From Amoebophrya sp. A120 (taxonomy: Eukaryota; Protista; Dinoflagellata): a DNA stretch of 64,000 nt. Of the stretch, positions 26,331 through 35,985 are shown piece by piece. The notes below the pieces were generated by a model. It saw only the letters and a program-made list of their open reading frames with translations, was not told the DNA's origin and ran no database searches. The first letter of the stretch is position 1. Each line of letters begins with the position of its first letter. Made by a program: the position numbers and the translations under genes. The DNA lies in assembly GCA_905178155.1 (NCBI GenBank), contig CAJINV010000002.1:8451224-8515223 (forward strand). Reading direction: 5' to 3'.

Positions 26331-27803
26331 CCCCGATGGTATGCGCGACACAAAAATAGCAACCCTCATCGTAGCATCGTGATTAATAATCTAGGCCTCA
26401 GCGCGTACCGGTCTCAAAAAAGAAGCCCACTTGTAAGCTTAATATGCTGAAGAGGGTTTTAGCTGTATGATCGTGAATCTATCACAATCATCTTCGCCAC
26501 TTGCTTTTCCGACATCAAAAAATCTAAGATAGAAGCTAAAGGTAATTAAACATGATGTATATTTTCACAGGGGGACGATGATGATGGAGATATTGCTCCG
26601 GCTCAAAGAGACATAGCTAATCTATAAAATAAACACAAATTATAAAACGATTTCATCAAGGGTCAATCTGTTTAAGATTGTCTAACATTTCCAGTACGCT
26701 GCCTCGCTGAGTTGTTGAAAATTAAAGAGGTGAGAGGATTCCCGGTACTCAGCTGGACGATGTTCGGTCTTCGTACTGTTTTCTTCTGCGGTGTGAGGAG
26801 TACTGCTAGTGCATCGACGGCCGACAACGGGCAGCGGTGCTCTTTCTTCAGCGAGCACATATACAAAAAGGAGATCGCTTTATCATGATCCTTGCTTGAA
26901 GAACGGATGCTGAGTGGCGCTGGTGCACCATCAACCCTACCCCTAGTTAGATCTTCATCTCCGGTCGTTGGAAAGGGTAACAGGTGTGGCACAGGCACAC
27001 TATAATTAACCTTATGCTTATAACGCTACACTTCAATAGCAACAAGGTGATGGGCCATCACGCTGATGTTATCCAGAGTCAGCCATTGTCTTCCTTCTTG
27101 TGACTCTGGATCTCCAACGATCAACAGCAGGACCGTCTGACTCTGATCACCTGGATATGCACCTTCCATGATTCATCCCTGTTCTACTCGTCGTTGTCGT
27201 TTCCCTATCTTATCATACTTACTACTTTCATAAATTAGGATCGTTTTGCAAACTCTGGCTGGGACTTGAGTGAGTTTTGATCTGCGTGGCCACCTTGCGT
27301 CGCCGGCAACATCTTCTACCCTCGTTTACGACAGAGCAGCTATTATACTACGGATCATCAAAGAATGTCCTACTCATCAAAGATCTTGTCCTGGTGTGGC
27401 CGCGGATCTTTTCGGAGAACCTCTATCACTATCACACATCATCATCTCCTGCTCCTCACATCAGCAGCGATGCGAACCTAGTACTGGGTAAAAGAATCCC
27501 TTCTCCACGGGACCGTGTCCCAAAGTGCGTCTTTGTGTCGGCAGAGGCCACAATGATCCCTAATAGTAGCATCGTGAAAATTGTGATGTGCAACACATCG
27601 GCGCAAGATAGATTCGGATTCCATAAAACAGAATTTCATTTCAAACCCAATGTGCTTTTCAAGGAGCGTATGGTACATTACGAGTAGGCGGTTCCGACAA
27701 CAGGTCCGCTCTTACAAGTGGAAATAAGAGCACCTGCTTGCTGATGCTGGTGTGTCGACTTCATCAGTTAACAGCTATCACAATCACCATCGTCAGATCG
27801 CAT

Positions 27804-30236
27804 TCAGAATATGCTGCTAAATACCAACAAGAGAAATAACAAGAGAAACAAAACGACTAAGACAAACAAAACCCGTTGACGCTCGCCCAATTCACTCGGA
27901 AGACAGAGCTTCGAGAAAAAATCCTCAAACGAAATGCCACTAAAAAAGTTTCCAGCGGCAGCACCCCCACTCGTTGATGTTTCTTGGTGTTCATTCAGCC
28001 AGCCTCGAAGCCGCCGCGTATACCTGTCCATGGTACTTTCTGTGCGGTGAAAGTGCAGATGCTGATCTACATCATCATCATCTACTTCGTGGAGGTAGTT
28101 TCGACCTTGTTGAAGATCTGCATGCTCATCTTGTAGGTGGAAACCCTCTACTGCAGTAGAAGAGGTGCAGGAGTTTATGACCCCAGCCTCTGACACCAAC
28201 TCCCGCTGATGGTGTTCGTGATGGAGCGCTGAGGAATTTCTCGAAGAATCGCCGTTGTGGATCAATTCGAGTCGCATCTGCCGGGCTTGCAAGTCAAGTC
28301 GGTCGGTCAACTGCTCCAGCTTCTGCAAGTTTTCGTCCTGTTCCTGCAAGCGAAGAGAGGCCAGTTCGATGGACACGTGCTGCTGCTGCTGGCTACCGAC
28401 ATTGTTGTAGTTGTTTTTCGTGGACGAAGTCGTATCTGGACGACGAGACTGGGCGCTCTGGGAGCTGTGCTGTTGAAATGGCGACTCCGTCGACAAAGGG
28501 CTTTTGCGCAGGTGGTGTCCACCTCGCGTAGACATCAATCGTGCACTACGGCTAAGGTCATGTTGACCTCGATGCTCCTCCTCGGGAGGGTGCGCTAGAA
28601 GTGGCACTGTTCTACTACTTTCCTGCGCAGGAGGCACAGCATGGACAGAGGGAGACACTGGTCGTGCAGATTCTGGCTCAGGATGATCTTGAAGATTCTC
28701 GGCCTTCGTCTTCATTTTGTGAAGATGATTGTTCTTCGCAGTCGCTTTTTGTTTTTTATTGTGACGAGCGCCGACGACCGGCTTTGGTTCTCTTCTCCAC
28801 AGAAGGGGAGACGCGACGCTAGTTGCAGCTTGGGTTGTCACCTGCTGCCGAAGTGCATCTCCGGTGCACTTCAACAGCTTCTCTTCTTGTCGTGCTTTGC
28901 TGTGTGGCTGCGCGATCAGGTGTGTTAGCGCCGCACTGCCACTGCTTTTTCTGCAATCACGTTGCGGTTCGTGCGGGTAGTTGTCGCGCTGAACATCCAA
29001 GCAAGTCGGACGGCAAGCACCAAGACTCGAGTCTGCTCCCGAACCTCGTCCGCAGGGGGTTTCATCATTTCCTGAAGTTGATGACGAGGAAGAGGATAAA
29101 TCAAAATGCTTCCCGCAAAATGAGGAGCCGGACGAACTGGAACTGCCCGAAGTGGTCGAAAAAAGCTGCTCCTGTTGTCGCAAATCCTGCCAACGCCCAT
29201 CTTTCGCCACTTCCGAATGTAGTTTGCAGGTACCGCTAGATGAATTCCTTTCGTCCTTGTCGCACAAGACGCTATTCAAATCAAACTCCCGCCAACCACC
29301 AGAGCTCCTGCTCCCGCCTTCTGCGTGCGCGGTGGCTATCAGTTCCAGCAAGTCGCCACTCTTCTCGTTGACCACTTCAAGAAACTCGCTTCCTCTAACT
29401 GCAAACGTCTGCCCCTTCTCGAGGACATAATCCAGGACGGCTTTTGTCGGGAAGGGGGACGATGAAGAGGTGGACGAGATCTCCGTAGGTAAATCACCTT
29501 CATTACACGTGGCATTTCCACTTCGAAGTTCCTCGGGCACCTGCAGCATATCCCTGCGGAGCTGGTGATCACGTTTCTCCCTCTCGTCGTTTGCGCACAT
29601 TTCTTCGTGGTTGAGAAAGAGCACGTCTTCGTCAGCTGAAAGAGCGGATTGTGATGCACGAGTACCACTAGAAGTACCAGCAGTGTGATGAAAAATTTCA
29701 TCACATTCATCCCGCTCCTCCTGCGTGTCGTCTCCTGGTGGTACCACAGAGTTTGCGAGAAGCATGCCTATGTCGCTTCCCGTTGTACCAATAAGATTCT
29801 TTTCCGACCCCAGATCCTCTTCGGACTCTCTCTCCTCGTCCGTAAAGATCGCAAAATGCTCCGGCGGCCCAAAGGTGGATGCCAGGTGCTTCGATACCGC
29901 AGGCATAGAGCTGGACGCAGCGGGGGCATCTGCAGCATCCGGAGACGGTACTGCCTTCTGTTTGCTCATCGTGATCATCGTGTGTCCATACGGAACAACA
30001 CCAACACGTCGCCCAGAAGAAGTACTGCGATCGTCCATAACGCTTTTACTAGTTGTTGTCACAACTTCAGCTGCAGCAGCTGCAGAAGAAGGCGCCTGTT
30101 CACCGCGAATGATACTTGATGCAATATTTCTTACATGTTTATTCTTCTCCACCCTTGGCGCTTTTGTCAACGCTGTCTGCTTGTTGACTCTCCTGGACAG
30201 AGGGGAAGCGACACTATTGTCGTGGTCTTGCTTCAT
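27804..30236 (-). CDS. Tail-anchored SNARE-like protein (Qc/syntaxin-6/8/Bet1-like) with long disordered N-terminus
   Basis: LQEQDENLQKLEQLTDRLDLQARQMRLEL resembles the start of a Qc SNARE motif; C-terminal TM VLFVLVVLFLLLFLLLVFSSIF immediately before the stop. Confidence 0.55.
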   Translation of the reverse strand: MKQDHDNSVASPLSRRVNKQTALTKAPRVEKNKHVRNIASSIIRGEQAPSSAAAAAEVVTTTSKSVMDDRSTSSGRRVGVVPYGHTMITMSKQKAVPSPDAADAPAASSSMPAVSKHLASTFGPPEHFAIFTDEERESEEDLGSEKNLIGTTGSDIGMLLANSVVPPGDDTQEERDECDEIFHHTAGTSSGTRASQSALSADEDVLFLNHEEMCANDEREKRDHQLRRDMLQVPEELRSGNATCNEGDLPTEISSTSSSSPFPTKAVLDYVLEKGQTFAVRGSEFLEVVNEKSGDLLELIATAHAEGGSRSSGGWREFDLNSVLCDKDERNSSSGTCKLHSEVAKDGRWQDLRQQEQLFSTTSGSSSSSGSSFCGKHFDLSSSSSSTSGNDETPCGRGSGADSSLGACRPTCLDVQRDNYPHEPQRDCRKSSGSAALTHLIAQPHSKARQEEKLLKCTGDALRQQVTTQAATSVASPLLWRREPKPVVGARHNKKQKATAKNNHLHKMKTKAENLQDHPEPESARPVSPSVHAVPPAQESSRTVPLLAHPPEEEHRGQHDLSRSARLMSTRGGHHLRKSPLSTESPFQQHSSQSAQSRRPDTTSSTKNNYNNVGSQQQQHVSIELASLRLQEQDENLQKLEQLTDRLDLQARQMRLELIHNGDSSRNSSALHHEHHQRELVSEAGVINSCTSSTAVEGFHLQDEHADLQQGRNYLHEVDDDDVDQHLHFHRTESTMDRYTRRLRGWLNEHQETSTSGGAAAGNFFSGISFEDFFSKLCLPSELGERQRVLFVLVVLFLLLFLLLVFSSIF

Positions 30237-31023
30237 CTTGCACTGTGTTTGTACACGCTAGCTACCTCTTTACCTATAACCACGCACGGATCTTGACCGG
30301 TGTCTTCTAGGTATGTTCTATTGCGGTTATGTTACCGTTATAGTCGTCGAGGGCGTTCTACTCGAGCAAGAAAAGACAAGTACGGCGACACTAGATTTGC
30401 CGCGACCGCGATTTCAAGTGTCCTTTCCGAGGGCGACGACGAGGAGGGCGACGACGAGGATGGACCATCCACGACCACGACACCAGAACGACATTGAGAT
30501 CGACGAGAGCGATTTTACTGAGCCAAAGAACGATTTTCTTACCTTCCGTCTCCTTACGACAACTAGCGACGACGACGACATTGCGAAAATCAGAAGCAGA
30601 AAGACTGCGTCGAAGATGCTGCGCAATTGCAAATTCTGGACTCATCTGAAAATAACACACCAGCAGTTTTGTATCTGAACCTAAGTCAGACTGTACGAGG
30701 CGGCAACTAACCCATAGACAAAGAACTCGACGCCGAGGGGCAAAAATAAACGCGCGATAAAAAATCACGGCCAGAGCCACATTCTATTCTGCCAGTACAG
30801 GCGTTCTATATCATCGTGAGGGTGCAAAATTTCAGATAGTTCAATTTTGTAGGTACATTCAGGGGGAAATAGAAACTCAGCCCTGCCGCAATTCTGGATC
30901 TGCTTGGGGCATCTAGATGATTCATCTTCAAGCCACCGGCTCTTTCTTGGAAGAACATTTATACCAGATGTCCGTGGTCCGACAACATCATCATACAACT
31001 ACACGTGTACAAAACTACAACAT

Positions 31024-32250
31024 TCAACTGACAACGGGGAGTGTACAAATGTAGCAGTAATAATTTTGTTCTACCCCAGCAGCAGCTGCCCCGCCAGCAC
31101 TGCTGTTATTTCCACCCTGGCCAGACCTTGCACCGCTCGGCACGCCCGCACCCTGTTGCTGCGATTGCGGGAGAAAGGGGACGCTGGCGCGCAGGATCCG
31201 ACTCACGTCGATCTTCCAGGGGGCGGTGTTGCTGAGTGAGAGGTATTCGATCCGCTCCTCCGGCGGTAGCGCCGAGATGCTGAAGAAAAAGCCACCAGGC
31301 CGAAGAACTTTGACGATCTCCTGCACAATCCCCTGCATCTCCTCCAGCTGCTTTTGCTTCAACACCGCAGAGATTTGTTTCTGCAACATCGAATTGGCAC
31401 TGCTGCCGCCTCCCAGCGTCGGGCGCCCGCTGGTAGAGCCGCCCGTCTTCATCAGCTTGCTGTTTTGCTTCAGATTCTGCTCCTGGACGCGCTTGTTCTC
31501 CTGCTCATAGAGCTCCTGCTCGCACCGCTCCACAAATTTCGACTCGTAGATGTCCATCGTGGCCTTGTCTATCACGGCGGTGAAGCTGTTTTCCGGGGTA
31601 TGCATTGCAAAAGTATCTTCGTACTAGTTCTAGTAGTCATTGCAATACAATATGTTGAAAAAAAAATGCAATTCCTGTGTCATTCGCATTCAGGTAAAAA
31701 ACCAGATGCAGATCTGTCTTCATGCGGGATGGTAACTAGTAAGATCACGGTACTGTTGCAATGCATATGGGAAGCAATCCGACAGATTCTTCATGTTCAG
31801 CTGCAGGTACTCGAGAAAATCTTCCGGGTGCGGGGTTCTCGATTTTGATCGTGCATTTTTTGAAGCATGTTGCAACTTGTTCTCTATCTCTTCCTGCTCC
31901 TCCACCTCTTGTTCCATGGCAGCAAATTTGCGGTTCATGATCTCCACCACCAGCTCGTTGGTGTCAATGCACGTGACGTTCCTGTAGCCGGCGTCGTACA
32001 GCTGGATCGGGAGTTCGCTCGACCCATTGCCCAGAATCAGGGTCTCGATGTCGTCCTTCGAGGCGGCTTGCTTCTCCACCACGCCGAGAATCCCGCGGGA
32101 CCGGTTGAAAGCGGAATGCAGAAGCTGCTTGAACCGCGGATAGTCGCAGTACCAATCGAAGCTCTGCCCGCGCTGGGCCATGTAACGCTTCTCCCAGTAG
32201 CGATCCGAATACGCCGGCGGGGGCTGGTGGTGGGATAAAAAATTTCGCAA
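31024..32250 (-). CDS. Class I SAM-dependent methyltransferase, EEF1AKMT4/METTL13 N-terminal type; split by an introner
   Basis: Motifs YWEKRY, FDWY, LILGNGSSEL..LYDAGY.NVTCID, then after splicing CFPENSFTAVIDKATMD and EIVKVLRPGGFFFSIS. First exon not located. Confidence 0.85.
31599..31767. mobile_element. Introner copy A (non-canonical intron, ~174 nt removed)
   Basis: TIRs TATGCATTGCAAAAGTATC / GGTACTGTTGCAATGCATA. Imperfect 5-nt duplication (sense TCCCA/CCCCG). Removal restores the conserved F-P-E-N-S-F motif and deletes an in-frame stop. No GT-AG in any sliding register. Confidence 0.85.
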
Positions 32251-32738
32251 GACGAAAGTGATCCAGTTTGACAGGTAGTTCTAGACCGTTCCCAGAAAAG
32301 AAGAAGTCTTAAAGCATGTCGTTACGACGAAATGGAAGACACAGATGACACAACAACTTTCATGCGTACGATAAGTTCTGCATGTCAAAAATCACAAAAA
32401 GTCTTCTAGAGAAACTTTTCACTATTTTCCTACGTGGAACTTTCATACCTCTTTCGCGAGCCTGAGCCAGGTTCGTAGGTTGCTATGCTCTCTTGAATGC
32501 CACAGATTCCGCACCATTCTCCATCCTGTGTTTGTCGCCGCGTCAGCTTGGATGCTCTTCTTCACATTGTCCGCATGCTGGCAAAGTTGTTTCCGATTCA
32601 TGAAATGAATCAGATCTTCATACTAGTTGTACTTCTAAAACAAGAACATCATCAATAATTCAATCACGAGGTGAGGGTGACAACTCATGCCTACATGATG
32701 CACCCAGTGTGCTGGGTCTCGATCTGGTGCAACGACTA

Positions 32739-33256
32739 CTAGCAGGCAAACAAGATCATGAATTCATCTAAAGCACTTCGAGCTACCTCTTTCGTCGGGG
32801 GTGCGAAAGCGCGGGCGTTAGTGGCTCCGCCGAACCTGACTCGGTCCTCTTCATCCCGGTACACGATGGCTTGCTGAACCCCAGCCGGCGTGTAGTACAC
32901 GTCGCCAGACCCGCTGCTCCGCGTCTTTTGTCGTGGGGCGGTTTTTATCCTGTGCAAAAGCATGGTACTCGTAGTAATTGCAGTCATGCATGACAAATCT
33001 GGTTCCTTAGCTTATTCAGCATTACAAATTCCATTTTTCCTTCTGGAAAAATTTGTAATGCTATTTCTACTAGTACGATACTTTTGCAATGCATAGTTTT
33101 CGCTTTCTCGTCACCATCTGTGAAGATCCGGTCGCCCCGGCTCTGGAACACGAGGGACTGCTCGCCAACCCCGTCGAGGTGGTCGTCGTCTGACGAAGAT
33201 CCAGCATCGGGGGCACCGGCACCCAATTGTTCATCTTCTTGGAAGGAAACGCCCAT
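32739..33256 (-). CDS. Hypothetical protein fragment joined across introner B
   Basis: ...GDEKAKT|APRQKTRSSGSGDVYYTPAG... reads through after removing 155 nt; gene ends not determined. Confidence 0.5.
32946..33095. mobile_element. Introner copy B (150 bp, 5-bp TSD GTTTT)
   Basis: TIRs TATCCTGTGCAAAAGCATGGTACT / AGTACGATACTTTTGCAATGCATA; GTTTT at 32941-32945 and 33096-33100; removal restores the frame. Confidence 0.85.
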
Positions 33257-34411
33257 CGATCTCTAGATTTTCTCTTCAAATTGAAACCTTAGCATCCCTG
33301 CACACAGCAACGCCTGCTGTGAAACAGGTTGTGAAAGTGCTGGAAGATGATCAGTCCTTTCTTTTTCTGCTGTTTCGTTCTGTTTCAGCTTCTTCGTTAT
33401 CTAGATGCACTATTTTGTTCTACTCCAAGCCGTTCCGGCTAAGTATGTGCTTTCTGCGAATCAAAATTGCATCAAGGGGTGCAAGATCCCAAGTACAAGG
33501 TCTGGTGACCACCAGAACGAGAACATCAAAAGCGATATCGTCTCCTCTCTCCCACGAGCCACTTCAGACTGAAGAACATCGCCAACATGGCCTTCTGTTG
33601 CAGCTGATCGATTGTAGTTGCTCTCAACTTCTCATTGCGCCGAAGCCGAACCTGCTCTCTGAATTAACGAACTACTCCGCACCCCACTGTAGAACAACGC
33701 AGTTTGCATATTGTAGACTTCCGTGTCTGGCTGCTTCTTGTTCCAGCATCTGAATTGATTTCGATAGTTATTTCATATGATTTTTGAAGAGCAGCACTGC
33801 ATGTCACTACTTCCACCTATGCGGTTTTTTGGAAAACCTTTGTTGAAAAATCGTTTCTGTACATTGGGGATAGGTTGTACAACTTCAACTTCAAGAAGTA
33901 AATGGACCGCCGCCGATGGTTGAACTACGATGGAATTGAACTTGAAGGCTCCGCTTCGAGGTCCGCGCAAAAAGGGTTGTGTGTACTGTCAACATAATGT
34001 TAAAAACACGGAGCGCCGCCCAACAAGTACCAGCGCAATGACTTAGTAAGCGTTTTACTGTAGTAGAAGTCGAAGTAGAAAAATTACTTTGAGCCGCTGG
34101 AAGCGGTCTCTACCTTGCGCTTCTCTCCATGTTAATCGTACAACTTTTCTTCTTCCAAAACATGAATCATGAGTATCCAGCACGAAATCACAAGACTGAG
34201 CTTCAGCTTATGATCGCCCAGGTGGTGCTTACTTGTTTTGTACTATAGCATGTTGAAGAAATCGTGCTCGTGTGCTGGCGATATCGCATCTGAAATCTGG
34301 AGTCCGTTTGAAAGTACGAGTTCAGATGTTTCGGTAACTAGCCGTATAATTTCATATCAATCTTTTTTTCCCCACATTTTGTCGTTCTCGTACTGGTAGT
34401 TCACTCGGCGT

Positions 34412-34675
34412 TTACTTGTAGTACCCCGCGGTGTCGTGGTCGTTCGTTATCGCCGCGCTTTTCTTGCCGGCACGGTTGATAATCCCACCAGCGGTGCCCC
34501 CGCCCGTGCCACCGTCCCCGGCGTAGATGATCTGTTCCTCCACTATTACAGGCTGCTCGTAAACCACCGGCGCAGCAGGTCCGTATATCACCGGCGGTGG
34601 CGGGCCGTAGTAAGGGTCGTAGTAGGGATCGTAGTAGGGATCATAGATCGGGTCGTAGCAGACACACGCGCCCAT
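34412..34675 (-). CDS. Small (87 aa) Tyr/Pro/Val-rich protein with predicted N-terminal dual acylation
   Basis: MGACVC start, (YDPY)x3-4, PPPPVIYGPAAPVVYEQPVIVEEQIIY; coding-like GC island in AT-rich flanks. Confidence 0.6.
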   Translation of the reverse strand: MGACVCYDPIYDPYYDPYYDPYYGPPPPVIYGPAAPVVYEQPVIVEEQIIYAGDGGTGGGTAGGIINRAGKKSAAITNDHDTAGYYK

Positions 34676-35985
34676 TTTGATTCTCAATCGATGTCGTGTC
34701 GGGTGGTTGACAAGAGGCGAACAGGGTATAGAGGAAGTAGCGGGGCAAGTAAGTAATATCACACGGGTACAGGGATAGGGAAACAAGTGGGAAACGAAAA
34801 AAGCCTTTATGCAGATATAATTCAAATAAAATAATGCGCGTCTTCTTCGATTGGGTAGAACTAGAAGTTTTTACATCAGAGCTTGGAGCTGCTACTCAAG
34901 AATGATTGACAAAACCAACGCAGCTTCATGAAAAAGAAGGCAACATGCGTCCTGGTTACAATGTCAGAAGGTATAGGACATCAAACTCAAGAAAAGCTCG
35001 TGAATCAAGATAGCATTTTTCGTCAGGTAATCTTCGACCGACGCGCTGGCAAAGCGGCATAGAAGGCCTCATAATCGGAAAATTGCAAATGTGTTCAGAA
35101 CTCAATCGACTTTCTTTACGTTTTCAATTTTTCAGAAGATCGATTGTCTCGTGCAGAAATTTCGGCAAAGATTTCGATTCTGTAAGGAACAGGATCAACT
35201 TTTATTTTTTGACCGAAGATGAAGGTCGTACACGACAGGATCAACTTCCTTTGCGTTTCAATGTCTATATGGCGAAAAAAAGATGAAGTTCCCGAACATC
35301 CCAAATCTTGGTCTTGTGACACGCTCAAGAGGAAGAGGTGACTACATTTTTACAAACATAGGAATTAGATTCATTTCCATTTGACTGCTCCCGTTGTGGT
35401 TGTGCAAATTTGTTAAACAGACAAACTGTTAGTTTAGTTGTGCATTCATTTTTTTCCTCGTTAGGTTGTGAGAGTGCATGGCAGCAAAAAGTCAATTAGT
35501 CAAGACGTGTAGGTCTTTGCCAATAATTTTTCGGAATTTCGTGCACTTCAAAAAAGGTAAGTGGAACTGCTTTTGATTATCGACTGAACAGCAACATCAT
35601 CTTTTCATTTCTCTGGTATTCTCAAAGTCGAAGGGAGATCATGTCAGTAACTGTAACTTGTCAGAAAAAAACTGTAAGTAAATGCAAATTTTGTTCAAAG
35701 TTTCTGATACGCGCAGTGGTCTGGTACCCGAGCAGCTGGTCTGCGCAGTGGTCTCGTTGATGTTGTGTCTATGCCGACGCCGACGCGTTATCTTGTGTAT
35801 CATAAACTTAGCAGCGCGAGCGACACGCAGAATGAACAAGACTAAGCTACAGCTACTCGCCAGCTTGTTGTGGTCGACGAGCAAGCTATGCAGGAGCAAA
35901 AAAAAACTGTCGTAAAACTTCTCTAGAAGACGTCGTGTTAAACAAGTACTACACATCGCATCCCAGCCCAGAAAAAAGTCCATCA

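Larger units (their letters stand above)
24407..26415. mobile_element. Non-autonomous TIR DNA transposon, hAT-like (2009 bp)
   Basis: Imperfect ~26-bp TIRs (CAGAACGGCACGCGCTGAGGCCTAGA vs reverse complement GAGACCGGTACGCGCTGAGGCCTAGA). 8-bp duplication AAAAAAGA at 24399-24406 and 26416-26423. GC-rich subterminal repeats; no transposase ORF recognised. Confidence 0.75.

Noticed and set aside
24328-26450. Multiple 200-300-aa ORFs on both strands
   Set aside because: They lie within the GC-rich transposon, where stops are scarce; no transposase motif recognised.
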